A stretch of DNA of 64,000 nt from positions 864,001-928,000 of the forward strand of contig CAVRBU010000002.1 of assembly GCA_963719315.1 (NCBI GenBank), read 5' to 3'. Positions 36,743 through 47,236 of the stretch are shown here, piece after piece. The notes below the pieces were generated by a model. The model was not told the origin of the DNA. It was given only the letters and a program-made list of their open reading frames with translations, and ran no database searches. Both the position numbers and the translations under genes were made by a program. This DNA is from an uncultured Planctomycetota bacterium (GTDB lineage Bacteria > Planctomycetota > Planctomycetia > Pirellulales > Lacipirellulaceae). How positions within the stretch are numbered: the first letter of the stretch is position 1; each line of letters starts with the position of its first letter.

Positions 36743-37768
36743 TCACTTTGCCGTCATCTCGAACACATCAATCTGATCGTGCATCGTGTATAGGCGATAG
36801 CCATTGCCCACCGGAACAACCATGCCGCTCGATTTGTTGCTGTCCACGATCGGGTTGCCAGCATATTTCTTCCAATGCACGAGATCGGGTGAACGGGCGA
36901 TATCGGTATTCCAAGTGCGCGGCACTTTTTCTCCGCTGCCGCTCCCGTGGTAAATCGCGAAGTACGCGTCGCCGCGCTGGAAGACCTGATCCATCGCGAT
37001 CATCTCACGGTCGTACTTCTCCGGGCCGAGGCGCATAACGGGATTGTCTTGCACATTGGTCCACACTCTCGAGCGCGGGTCGGTCGTTTTTGCCAACCAC
37101 ACGCCTTGGTCTCCCCATTCGTAAAACAAATACCACACGCCGTTCTCGACCCACACGGTTGGGGTACCGCAAGGCCTTTTGGCTGCGTTTTTTCCGTCGG
37201 CGGCCCGCACATCGAGCTCGCCCTCCCATTTCCAGTCGATGCCATCGAGCGAAGTCAGCATTTCGGCGTGATTGTCGTGCTCGCCTTCGGCGAACATGTA
37301 ATAGGTATCGCCGGCGTGAACAACCATCATGTCTTCGACCCAATGATTGCGGACGAGTGGATTCTTGGGCGACCGAGTCCAGTGGATTCCGTCGGGCGAC
37401 GTGGCGTAACCGAGAAGTTTGATGTCTTCGCGTTTGCCGTCGTAACCGGTGTACCACAGACGATATGTATCACCCTCGCGGAGGATCCAGCCCCGCTCGC
37501 GGATCTTTTCGTCCCACTGCCCGGGGCCGGCAGTGGTGAACACCGGGTTGCCGGGCCGCGGGGCCCAATTCACCAACTCCAGCGGAAACTCGGCTGCCGG
37601 TGGAGTCTTATTGATTGGCGCGGTTGCGGTGGCCTGCGCGAATGTTATAGCCATCCATCCAGACGGCATAGCAACTTGCGCGATCGCCAAGAAACCGACG
37701 GTGCCGAACAGCCACGATGTCGATCGGTGGGAAGCGAACATCGTTGCGTCTCTGTGTCTCATGTTCAT
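36743..37768 (-). CDS. Secreted five-bladed beta-propeller glycosidase-like protein (GH32/GH43/GH130-like)
   Basis: Signal-like N-terminus; repeats NPVF, YRLWYTG, GYATSPDGIHW..SPKNP, TSLDGIDW, ARSPDLVHWKKYAGNP. Confidence 0.7.
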   Translation of the reverse strand: MNMRHRDATMFASHRSTSWLFGTVGFLAIAQVAMPSGWMAITFAQATATAPINKTPPAAEFPLELVNWAPRPGNPVFTTAGPGQWDEKIRERGWILREGDTYRLWYTGYDGKREDIKLLGYATSPDGIHWTRSPKNPLVRNHWVEDMMVVHAGDTYYMFAEGEHDNHAEMLTSLDGIDWKWEGELDVRAADGKNAAKRPCGTPTVWVENGVWYLFYEWGDQGVWLAKTTDPRSRVWTNVQDNPVMRLGPEKYDREMIAMDQVFQRGDAYFAIYHGSGSGEKVPRTWNTDIARSPDLVHWKKYAGNPIVDSNKSSGMVVPVGNGYRLYTMHDQIDVFEMTAK

Positions 37769-37786
37769 GCCTAACTCTTATCATTC

Positions 37787-40700
37787 CTACGCGCCAACTC
37801 GTTCCGCAATCAACGAGTTGCGAGAAGAGAATTGACTGTTCTGTTGATCGGCGCGTTTTGCCGCGTGAAGCTTCAGCCAGCGGGCTCTACGTACCCAGTA
37901 AAAGCGTACGGGCAGGAACAAGTCGACGACCTCGTCACTGATCAATAAACCCCCAAGTACCGGGAGCGCCATGGGCGCCAGGATTTCGCCGCCCACTCCT
38001 CTGGCGAACACCATCGGGAAGATCGCGATAATCGCCACGCCTTCGGTCAACAGCTTTGGTCGCAGTCGATGGACGGCGCCCTCGATGACCGCTTGTCGAA
38101 GTTCTTCCAGAGACTTGATGTTTTCGAGACCACCTCGCTTGTCGATCGCTTCGCGTAAGTAGACGAGCATGATGATACCGGTTTCCGTGGCCATGCCGAA
38201 GCAGGCGATGAATCCGACCCAGACGGCGACGCTGAAGTCGATCGGCGGCGCGTCCCAGCCCTGCATTATTTTGGGAAATAGATACATGAAAAACGCTCCG
38301 CCCGCGAGCGCCTCGGGTACGGCCAGCATCATGAGGCCGGCGTCGGCCAGATCGTTGTAGGTCAAGTAGAGAATGATGAAGATCAGCAGGATTACGACAG
38401 GAAAGACGATTCGCAGCGTTTTTGCGGCACGGACTTGATGCTCGAATTCGCCGCTCCAAGCAATGTTGACGCCTTCAGGCAGCTTAACCTTTTGGGCCAC
38501 AACGCGTTGGGCCTCATCGACAAAGCCGACGATATCTCTACCGCGAACATTTAAAGTGACGTAGTTTAGAAGGCGCCCATCTTCGCTTTTGATCACCGCC
38601 GGACCTTCGACAAGTTTTACGTCCGCAAGCGCGCTCAGTGGAATTAGAATTTTGCCTTTTGCCGAATGAGCCGGCGAAGCGCTGTGTGAATTCTGATCGC
38701 TCGACGTTGTTGTTTGGGTTTTCGCCGAGCGGCTCGTTTCGGCGAGGGACATGGCTGCGGAAGGGGATTCGGCGCTGGTTGCCGTTCCCATGCCGGAACT
38801 TGGGCTCACGAGTAGTCGGCGGATGCTTTCTTCATCCCGCCGGTTGGCTCGCGCGTAGCGCAGGCGCACTGGGAAGCGGTCGCGCTCCTCGACCGTAAAA
38901 GTAACCGGCCGGCCTGCCAGCGCGACTTCGATCTCGTTTTGAATATCTTCGACTGAGATGCCGTAACGCGCCGCCGCCTGCCGATCGATATCGATTTGGA
39001 CATATCCCTTGCCCATAATCGGCGCAGCAATCACATCCCGAGCGCCGTTGATAGGCTTAAGGGCTGCCTCTATTTCCTTGCACGTTCGATCGATCGTATC
39101 GAGATTGGGGCCAAACACCTTGACGCCGATATCCGTGCGGACTCCGGTCGAAAGCATTTCAATCCGATTGATGATCGGCTGGGTAAAGATGTTGCTCCAG
39201 CCAGGTACTTGAAGCACGCGGCGCATCTCGTCATCTACCAAATCGCCCTTTGGGCCGGTTTGTCTTGGCCAAAAGAAGACGCTTTTTTGGAAGGGCTTCT
39301 CCAAATCCTCGCGGATGGCGTAGAAGGGTTTGAAAGCAGACGGATCGAAAGGCTTTTCGAGTTGGACTTCCAATGCCTGCTTGTTGAATGCGTCGGTTTT
39401 GCGTGCAATCGGAGCACCCCGAATGAGGAGATCGATTTTGGCCCCTTTCACCAGTTCTTCGATTGCGTACCAAGTGAAGGCTTCGGTTCCACGATCAAAG
39501 AGTTCCCAATTGATTTCGTGAACGCGCTCTTCCCAAAGCTTGGTTCGCTCTTTGGATACCGCTCGTAGTAATTCTCCAGCAAGTGTTTTCCTTTTTCCGC
39601 CGAAGAATTCACTAGTTTCGCTCCAGAAACTTTTTATTGATGATTCCTTCAAATCCAAAGCAGTTGCTACGTCCGGCACTGCGCCCAACTTTTCAAGATC
39701 TCGCGCCACGTCTTGGCTAAGCTGTGTCACATCTTCCAACGCGGGCGCTTCGACCAACCAACGACCGTACTTCGGCGTAAGATTCTTCGCCAAACGATCC
39801 GTTTCGGCTTTTGCATTGATTTTTGTTGGCCAGTGTAGCGTTCCCGCTTGTTGTAAGTGGTGAAGCATTTCGACGACCAGATACCTAGTAAGTTTCGGCT
39901 GAAGTTCGCGCTCGAATTCCTTGTAGCGAGAAAGGGATAAGTCGCGCATGGTCTCATCAAATCGCTCCAGCGCTTTCTGGCTCGCATCATTTATCAAGTT
40001 ATTTCTTTCGCTGTCGTCGCGCGCACGCAGCACAAATCCATCCGTTTCAAGCCGGTCGAGGACTCGCCGCGTCTGCTTGGCAGCATCCTTGTACTTCAAA
40101 ACCCGCTTTGGCCAGAGTTCCCTCGGTCGGTAGTTGACGAACGTCTCGACCATATCGAGAGGCGCTGGATCGGTCGGCGTATCAGCCCGACCCGATTTGC
40201 CGATTACCGACTCGACTTCGGGGAACCCACGCAACAACGCATCCCGGGCCTTAAGATCGTCGGCAGCCTCCGTGATGCTGGCGCGTGGCACCGTGACGGG
40301 CATGTCGAGTGTTGTACCTTCATCGAGCGGGGGCATAAACGTGACGCCGATTTTGGGAAACTGGTAAGCCCAGAGCGCGATCACGACCAAGCTTGCGAGT
40401 GAAAGGCATTGCCAATACCAGCGCCGCGTCAGAATCACGGTGAAGGACGAAACCGCGAAGAAAACGACCAGAAACGCCTGTCGCCAGGCAGTCTCCGAGG
40501 CGCCCAGACCGATTACCGCTTGGAGCGGAAACATCCCCGCCGCCAGTACCAGCAGCACGGCGAACATCCACATCACCAAGTTGCGCCTCGGCAACGCCCA
40601 AGTCAGCAGCGGCTTGTAAATATTGATGAAGCTGCGGACGATCCAGTTTTCTTCTTCACTTCGCAGCCGGCCCTTGATGAATACGGGAATCAAGGCCGGA

Positions 40701-42193
40701 ACAAGCGTTACTGAAATGATCGCCACACCGAGCATGGCAAAGCTCTTGGTGAATGCCAAAGGATGAAACAGCTTTCCTTCGCGTCCGCTGAGCATGAACA
40801 CAGGAATGAAGGAAAGCGACATGATCATGACCGAGAAGAAGATGGGCCGGCCGACAATACGACAGGGTGCAATCACCAGATCCCGGATGTCACCCGTGAC
40901 TTTCTTGTTGCCGAAGTGGGCCTTGAGATGGTGGGTGGCGTTCTCCGTCATCACGATCGCCTGATCGATGAGAATGCCGATCGAGATCGTAATGCCCGCC
41001 AGCGACATGATATTGGCCTGAATGTCGATAATGCCCGTCACGCGCAAAATCCACATCATGAGAAACGAAAAGAGGACCGCGAGCGGCAAAGTGACGCAGA
41101 TGACAAAAACGCTGCGAAAGTGCATCAGAATCAGTAGGACGGCGATCGATGCAATCACCATCTCGTGCGTCATGACGTCGGTGAGCGTGCGAATTGCGCC
41201 GTGGATTAGTCGCGTTCGGTCGTAGGCTGCCACGATGTGAACGCCTTCCGGCAACCCCGGCTGAAGTTCTTGAATCTTCTCTTTGACGCGCTCGGTTACC
41301 GCCAGTGGGTTTTCGCCATGCCGCATTAGCACAACGCCACCCGTAACTTCATTTCCGTCCTTCTCGAAGATGCTGCGTCGATACTGAGTGCCGAGTTGCA
41401 CGGTGGCAATATTCTTGACGTAGATCGGCGTTCCCTTGACTTCCTTGATGACCGTGTCTTCGATGTCCTGCGTATTCTTGATCCAGCCAACGCCGCGAAC
41501 GATGTATTCGGCGTTATTTTTCTGCACTACTCCGCCGCCAGACGGCATATTGCTTTTCGAAATGGCGGCAAACACTTCCGCGAGCGTAATGCCGTAGGCC
41601 CGCAAATCTTCCGGCCGAACATCGATTTGGTATTCGAGCGGCGTCCCGCCGACGATCGCGACATCGGCCACGCCCGCCGCGGAATTCAGTTGTTGAGCGA
41701 TATAGAATTTATTGAGTGCCCAGAGCCTACCTGGCTCGATTGGATTGCCCGGCGATGTTTCGACCGTGTACCAGAAAATCTGACCGAGTGCCGTTGCATC
41801 TGGAGCCAAATAGGGAACGGCGCCAGCGGGAAGAAAAGTGGCCGCCTGGTCCAGTCGCTCGGTGACTCGTTGACGCGCAAAATAGAAATCGATGTCGTCG
41901 TTAAAGATGATCGTGATCATCGAAAAGTTGAATTCTGACGAGGAGCGAACGGCTCTTACGCCCGCAAGCCCCTGCAGCTTGCGAGATAGCGGATAGGTGA
42001 TTTGATCTTCAATCTCTTTGGGGCTTCGCCCAATCCAGTCGGTGAAAACGATGACCTGGTTTTCGCTAAGATCGGGAATCGCATCGACTGGCGTATTGAG
42101 CGTCGCATAGATTCCGGCAACCGTCAGCGCAGCCGCGATGACGATCACCAAGAAGCGGTTTCGAATCGAGAGTTCAATGATTCTTTCGATCAT
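37787..42193 (-). CDS. cusA: CusA/CzcA-family heavy-metal RND efflux permease with large insertions (1468 aa)
   Basis: PVDAIPDLSENQVIV, APDATALGQI, ANIMSLAGI, EGKLFHPLAFTK, TLDMP / APLDMVET / RIEMLSTG methionine triad, GAVHRLRPKLLT. Confidence 0.9.
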   Translation of the reverse strand: MIERIIELSIRNRFLVIVIAAALTVAGIYATLNTPVDAIPDLSENQVIVFTDWIGRSPKEIEDQITYPLSRKLQGLAGVRAVRSSSEFNFSMITIIFNDDIDFYFARQRVTERLDQAATFLPAGAVPYLAPDATALGQIFWYTVETSPGNPIEPGRLWALNKFYIAQQLNSAAGVADVAIVGGTPLEYQIDVRPEDLRAYGITLAEVFAAISKSNMPSGGGVVQKNNAEYIVRGVGWIKNTQDIEDTVIKEVKGTPIYVKNIATVQLGTQYRRSIFEKDGNEVTGGVVLMRHGENPLAVTERVKEKIQELQPGLPEGVHIVAAYDRTRLIHGAIRTLTDVMTHEMVIASIAVLLILMHFRSVFVICVTLPLAVLFSFLMMWILRVTGIIDIQANIMSLAGITISIGILIDQAIVMTENATHHLKAHFGNKKVTGDIRDLVIAPCRIVGRPIFFSVMIMSLSFIPVFMLSGREGKLFHPLAFTKSFAMLGVAIISVTLVPALIPVFIKGRLRSEEENWIVRSFINIYKPLLTWALPRRNLVMWMFAVLLVLAAGMFPLQAVIGLGASETAWRQAFLVVFFAVSSFTVILTRRWYWQCLSLASLVVIALWAYQFPKIGVTFMPPLDEGTTLDMPVTVPRASITEAADDLKARDALLRGFPEVESVIGKSGRADTPTDPAPLDMVETFVNYRPRELWPKRVLKYKDAAKQTRRVLDRLETDGFVLRARDDSERNNLINDASQKALERFDETMRDLSLSRYKEFERELQPKLTRYLVVEMLHHLQQAGTLHWPTKINAKAETDRLAKNLTPKYGRWLVEAPALEDVTQLSQDVARDLEKLGAVPDVATALDLKESSIKSFWSETSEFFGGKRKTLAGELLRAVSKERTKLWEERVHEINWELFDRGTEAFTWYAIEELVKGAKIDLLIRGAPIARKTDAFNKQALEVQLEKPFDPSAFKPFYAIREDLEKPFQKSVFFWPRQTGPKGDLVDDEMRRVLQVPGWSNIFTQPIINRIEMLSTGVRTDIGVKVFGPNLDTIDRTCKEIEAALKPINGARDVIAAPIMGKGYVQIDIDRQAAARYGISVEDIQNEIEVALAGRPVTFTVEERDRFPVRLRYARANRRDEESIRRLLVSPSSGMGTATSAESPSAAMSLAETSRSAKTQTTTSSDQNSHSASPAHSAKGKILIPLSALADVKLVEGPAVIKSEDGRLLNYVTLNVRGRDIVGFVDEAQRVVAQKVKLPEGVNIAWSGEFEHQVRAAKTLRIVFPVVILLIFIILYLTYNDLADAGLMMLAVPEALAGGAFFMYLFPKIMQGWDAPPIDFSVAVWVGFIACFGMATETGIIMLVYLREAIDKRGGLENIKSLEELRQAVIEGAVHRLRPKLLTEGVAIIAIFPMVFARGVGGEILAPMALPVLGGLLISDEVVDLFLPVRFYWVRRARWLKLHAAKRADQQNSQFSSRNSLIAERVGA

Positions 42194-44022
42194 GGAGGTG
42201 TCGGGCGGACGAGTTGAGGATCGCTCGTGGGACTACTTGCGGCTTTCAGCCGTTTGACGGTTGCCAGGGTTTCCTTCGGATTGGCGAGCGCCTTTTTTGT
42301 GCAGCCATTGCAGCAGACGAAGACCGGTTGGCCATCCACAATCAATTTGACTGGAGGGCCCATCACCCCCAGGCGATTGTCTGGTAGCACTGGACAGAAT
42401 TTTTGAGCCTTGGCGAGCTCACGATCTTCTTTTGACAGCGTGGCAAGTGATGCCCGAATCTTGGCGTCCGGATCTTCAGGCGTAGAAGGACGAACTGTCT
42501 TAGCGCTCGATTCATTCGCGTGTGCTCCGCCGCTTCCGCCAAAGTAGATCGAGCCCGCGGCACGGTTCAACCGTGTTTCGGCGTCGACCAGAAAGGAGCC
42601 GCTACTAACCACGAGGTCGCCCCGCTTCAACCCGTCCAGCACGGGGAACATGATCTCACTTTGGGGTCCAGTCATTCTTGGCCCAAGTCGAACCTCGACA
42701 CCGTCGTAGACTCCCGGTGACGATTCGCGGTACACGATTTGTTGGCTTCCCGTATCGATCACCGCGCTTTCCGGAACGGCTAACACGCGACCCTCTGACA
42801 GCATTTCATGGCGCTCTTGATCCGATTTTCCCACGGACAGCATTGGCAGATTTGCGGGCCGCACCTTTAGGGTCACATTCGCGGTGCTGCCAGGGCGTAA
42901 TTTGTGCTCTGGATTATCGACTTCGAATCGCACGGTGACCGTTCGCGTATCTTGATCGACATGTGGATAGATGAAAGTGAGCTTGCCGCGGAAGACTTCA
43001 TTGGGAAACGCTTTCGTGGTCGCCGTTACATCTAGTTCATCCGCCGTTACCGGGCTCATTCGATTCGCGCCGTCCCCCACGGGCAGAAACGCCATGTCCT
43101 CTTCATAGATCTGCGCTTCAATCCAAACGGTTGAGATATCGGCGATATCATAGAGGGGCGTGCCCTCCTCGACATATTGACCCTCACGCACGTATTTTTG
43201 AATCACGTGACCGCCGATCGGAGAGCGGATTTTTAGGTGGGTATCGGCTTTGCCGGTCGCGAGCGCGTCGTCGATCTGATCGCTATCGATGCCTAGCAAT
43301 TCCAACCGCGTGCGAGCGCCGCGGAGCAACTCTTCATTGCCGCTTCGCTTGGCATCGAGCAAGTTTTGAACGGTGACCAAGAGATCGGGACTGTAGAGCA
43401 AAGCCAATTCATCACCGGCTTTGACCATCTGCCCCGTTTCATTGGCTACCAATTTGTCGATGCGGCCAGCGACGCGAGCTGCAACGGTGCGCTGGCCGCG
43501 TTCATTGAATTCCACGTAACCTACCGCCGAAATCTCTTTGGTGAGTGGCTCGTAATCGACCGGAGTGGTGTGCACGCCGGCTAAAACGATGCGGTAAGGC
43601 GTAAGCTGAACGCGGTTCACGATCCCGGCCGGCAAAGGCTCGGCCTTATCGCTACCTTTCTTGCGTTTCGATAGCGGCATAAAGCAGATCGGGCATTTTT
43701 CGTTGGGTTTATCGCGAATAATTGAGGGATGCATCGGACAGAAGTATTCGAAATCCGGAGATGCCGCTTGAGCCGATCTCACCGGCCGGGTCCACTTATC
43801 GTATTGAGCTGTGAGCATGTCCCATTGCGTGATGATTAGCCCGATGACGGCTAGGATGGCGATGAAGCGGAACCTGGCGAGATTGACGAGCACAATAAAG
43901 TCGAACCACCACCAAGCCTTCCTCCAACCATGGACATTGGGCGGGGCGCGCAGGCCGCCTTCATAATCGCTCACCACACTAGGATCGTGATCTTCGATCG
44001 GCGCAACGTGTCTTTCGATCAT
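42190..44022 (-). CDS. CusB-like RND periplasmic adaptor with heavy-metal-binding and C-terminal YHS-like domains
   Basis: YFCPMHP..CPICFMPL, GRIDKL, LYSPDL, SPIGG, IYPHVD..TRT, VPESAVIDTG, FLVDAE, C-terminal CPV...VFVCCNGC. Confidence 0.88.
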   Translation of the reverse strand: MIERHVAPIEDHDPSVVSDYEGGLRAPPNVHGWRKAWWWFDFIVLVNLARFRFIAILAVIGLIITQWDMLTAQYDKWTRPVRSAQAASPDFEYFCPMHPSIIRDKPNEKCPICFMPLSKRKKGSDKAEPLPAGIVNRVQLTPYRIVLAGVHTTPVDYEPLTKEISAVGYVEFNERGQRTVAARVAGRIDKLVANETGQMVKAGDELALLYSPDLLVTVQNLLDAKRSGNEELLRGARTRLELLGIDSDQIDDALATGKADTHLKIRSPIGGHVIQKYVREGQYVEEGTPLYDIADISTVWIEAQIYEEDMAFLPVGDGANRMSPVTADELDVTATTKAFPNEVFRGKLTFIYPHVDQDTRTVTVRFEVDNPEHKLRPGSTANVTLKVRPANLPMLSVGKSDQERHEMLSEGRVLAVPESAVIDTGSQQIVYRESSPGVYDGVEVRLGPRMTGPQSEIMFPVLDGLKRGDLVVSSGSFLVDAETRLNRAAGSIYFGGSGGAHANESSAKTVRPSTPEDPDAKIRASLATLSKEDRELAKAQKFCPVLPDNRLGVMGPPVKLIVDGQPVFVCCNGCTKKALANPKETLATVKRLKAASSPTSDPQLVRPTPP

Positions 44023-44174
44023 CTAAGTTCTCCTTGCCGCAAGGGCAAGAAAATCGGCAGCCGCGACGCAAGCCAGCCAGACAAATGGTGCTAACCCGCC
44101 AACCCGGCCACGGCTGCCTATTTCTGGATTCCGGCGACTCAGTTTGAACCGCCGTCGAGAGTTTTTCTCCACTT

Positions 44175-44543
44175 TTACTTCTTTAGTTTTGCCAAATACT
44201 CGTCTGGCTTCGCCAAAAGTTTGTCTTTGCAGCCCTCGCAGCAAATAAAGACCGGCTGACCCTTCACATCGATCTTGACGGGGGCTCCCATGGCGCCCAA
44301 AAGTTCGCCTGAAACCGGGCAAATCTTTTGCTCTTCGGCGAGCGCCTTGTCTTTCGCCGGCAGTTCGGCGAGCGCCGCAGTGATTTCCAAATCTGCCGTG
44401 CTGTCTTCGGCTTGATTTGTGGGTTCACGATCGGCGACCACCGGTTTGGGCGCGGAGCTCTTACTCGCCGCGCTACCGCAACCAAAGAATCCGAAAACTG
44501 AAGCCAGCCCGAAAGCTGCTGTTGAAAACAATAACCAACGCAT
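44175..44543 (-). CDS. Small lipoprotein with YHS/TRASH-like metal-binding domain
   Basis: Lipobox-like FFGC; QKICPVSGELLGAMG.P...VFICCEGC; AGGAGG RBS. Confidence 0.75.
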   Translation of the reverse strand: MRWLLFSTAAFGLASVFGFFGCGSAASKSSAPKPVVADREPTNQAEDSTADLEITAALAELPAKDKALAEEQKICPVSGELLGAMGAPVKIDVKGQPVFICCEGCKDKLLAKPDEYLAKLKK

Positions 44544-44742
44544 CGAATTTCCTCCTATTTGAGATCTCGTTTCGAACATCCATCCGACTTTCAAGTCGAT
44601 TAATGATTTGCCACGCAATCGTCCAACTTCCAACGCGAAGTTGCCTGGAATCGCGGTGTTTCAATCCGACTAATGTGGCGCGGCGATAGCGCGAGCCAAT
44701 TTCAGAAGCGCAGCGCAAAGTAACAAACTGCGCAGCAGGTAA

Positions 44743-45258
44743 TCAGATGATGAACCTGTGGAGCGTGACAACGAGATCGTTCGGAGGACATTTTAGGTCC
44801 AACTGAACGATGGGCTCCAATGGCGAGAACGCCTGTGATACTGCGAGGTCGAGCGAACTAATACCTAGAGACGCAAAGTGGCCGTCAACGCTCGATAGAG
44901 TTGGCTCTTCCGTCGCGGGAATTACCTCATGCACGGCGAGCGTCACGCAATGTCGCGAGCCGACGCGACAAACGGCGTCCGATGCTCGGTCCTTCTTCGA
45001 GTCAGGCGATGAACCTGATTTGTCGCGCGAGCAGCACGAGCATGCATTCTTGCCGTGTCCGCCGCAGCAACTCCCGGTCGAATGGCAACAGGTTTTGCCT
45101 GCTCCAGGTGCGATGCAGCGGCACACTTCTTCGAAGTGGCCGGTGCAGCCACAACCAATGATCGTCCGCCCGTTCAAAATAGCGAGCGGCATCATCGCCC
45201 AGACAACGAGTGCCCGACCGTAGTGGCGCAGAAAGCGATTTGATTGGAGACCGGACAT
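44743..45258 (-). CDS. Cysteine-rich hypothetical protein heading the efflux operon
   Basis: Hydrophobic N-terminus, 14 Cys (CGC, CRC, CC, CC, CSCC), C-terminal KCPPNDLVVTLHRFII. Confidence 0.6.
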   Translation of the reverse strand: MSGLQSNRFLRHYGRALVVWAMMPLAILNGRTIIGCGCTGHFEEVCRCIAPGAGKTCCHSTGSCCGGHGKNACSCCSRDKSGSSPDSKKDRASDAVCRVGSRHCVTLAVHEVIPATEEPTLSSVDGHFASLGISSLDLAVSQAFSPLEPIVQLDLKCPPNDLVVTLHRFII

Positions 45259-45776
45259 TACGGTTTTCTAACGATTTGGTCCTGCGATTGCGGACGCGGT
45301 CGACAGCGTCGCATAGAAGTTACGCAGCCCCTATCTATATTGTTCCATCGGAAACCCGTCAATCAACTGAGCCGAGACAGATTGCGGCCGGTTTCGACTC
45401 AAAGCGAATGTCAAAAGGGGCCCTGGCTGGGGCAACAGGCCCAAGTCCAAAATCGACCGCAGCCCCATGATACGAGGCCCGGAAGTAGCAGCAAACAGCA
45501 GTATTTTGACCCGTTGCGAGCACGCGGTTTCTGCTGATCCATGAAATTAGTCAGCTAGCGGAGGGGTACTGGACTCCAACGGGATGTAAAACACTATCAG
45601 TTGAAGGGGTGATGCCGGGTATGAGCAAGGTATTGCGGCACAGCGCTACAAGTTCCGCTCGCCTGGTCGGATCAATCTTACCGATTCTTCCGACGGGGCC
45701 GTTTTTGTCGAACTTGCGCCCTACCTGCTAACCCGCCAGCTATGATCGAGCCCGCCAGTTGCCCGACGGAGGCGTC

Positions 45777-47189
45777 ATGTCGCTGTTCCGCACTGCGCAA
45801 CTTTGCGCTTGCATGATTGTCGTAACTGCCTGGCACGGTCCCCTGCGGGCGATAGCGGCTGAGCCAGTCCGCGCGACGACGCTCGAATTGCACGATAGTC
45901 GCCCCTCCATATTTCCAAATGAGGTGTCCCAACCTCTCTCAATGGAGGCACGTGGTCAGGCTGCGGCTCCATCGGCCGAAGAGGAGCTTTCACTCGAGCG
46001 ACTCATCGATGAAGTGCGGGCAAGGAACCCGTCTCTTCAGGCGATGGCTGCCACCTGGCAGGCAGCCGCGCAGCGCTTTCCGCAAGCGGTGTCGCTGGAA
46101 GATCCGATGTTCACGGCGATGGTTGCGCCGGCATCCTTCGATTCTGACTTGGTTAATCCTGGATATTTCTTACAGGCCTCTCAGAAGTTTCCCTGGTTTG
46201 GCAAACGGGCTGCGCAGGACGACAGGCACAAGCGGATTCGCAAGCTGCTTATCACGATCTAGAAGATAGTCGAAACCGCTTGGATGAAATCACGCGCACA
46301 GCCTTTTATCAATATTACCTCGTGCGGCGCGACCTCGATTTGAACCGAGAAAATCTCGATGTCATTCGTCAATTCCAGAAAACCGCTCAGTCGAAGTACG
46401 AAACCAATCAAGTTACTCAAGAAGACGTACTACAGGCGGAATTGGAGTCGGCGGAACTGGATCGACGAAACCTCGAACTCGTGCGGATGGATCGAGTAGC
46501 GATCGCACGGATTAACACGCTCTTAAGGAATGACCCCTCTTGCCCACTATCGCCGCCGCCGAAGCACCTCGAGTTTCCGACGATTCAACTCGATGCCTGC
46601 GCACTGCAGCAGCTACGCGCTGAGCAAACGTCCCGACTTGGCAGCGCTCCGAGCGCGGGTTCAGGCGGCCGAAGCCGCGGTGACACTCGCCGCCAAAAAC
46701 TACTATCCCGACACAGAAGTTTTCGGCAGATACAATGCGATTATGCAGCAAGATCCGCTCAAGCCGGCCGTGGGCGTGAATCTCAATCTGCCACTTTATC
46801 GCGGCCGGCTGGATGCCGCGGTTCGTGAATCGCGCTTTACGGTTAACCAACGTCGTGCCGAATACGAGCAATTGGTTCTCGATATTCAATACGAGGTCAC
46901 GAGCAACTACGAGCAGGTCGATGAAAGCCGGCGAGTGCTTCAGCTCTACTCGAAAAGACTCGTTCCCGCTGCCACGCAAAACGTAGCTGCCGCACGCTCT
47001 AACTACGATGTCAACAAGTCGAGTTTTCTGGATCTCGCCCTGGCAGAGCGCCGATTGATTGAAATCCAAGAAAAGCGCGAAGAGGCCTTGGCGATGTACC
47101 ACAGCCGCTACGCGGAACTAACGCGCACCGTTGGAGGATCGCTACCGACCGCGCTTCCGGAGGAAACTCTGCCGATGATCTCACCTTGA
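45777..47189 (+). CDS. TolC-family outer membrane efflux protein (two apparent indels near 46220 and 46610)
   Basis: LSLERLI..V..RNPSL, LEDPMF, SQKFPWFGKR, KYE...TQEDVLQAE, RPDL, YYPD, LNLPLY; three consecutive ORF pieces. Confidence 0.8.
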
Positions 47190-47236
47190 ACGTGTGCCGG
47201 CTTAGGGCCAATCAATGGTTCAAGCTGCGGGTATTT

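Noticed and set aside
45555..45625. G-tract motifs (tagcggaggggta, ggggtgatgccgggtat) as CsoR-like operators between the efflux genes
   Set aside because: No proper TAC-C..G-GTA symmetry and no csoR gene in the window
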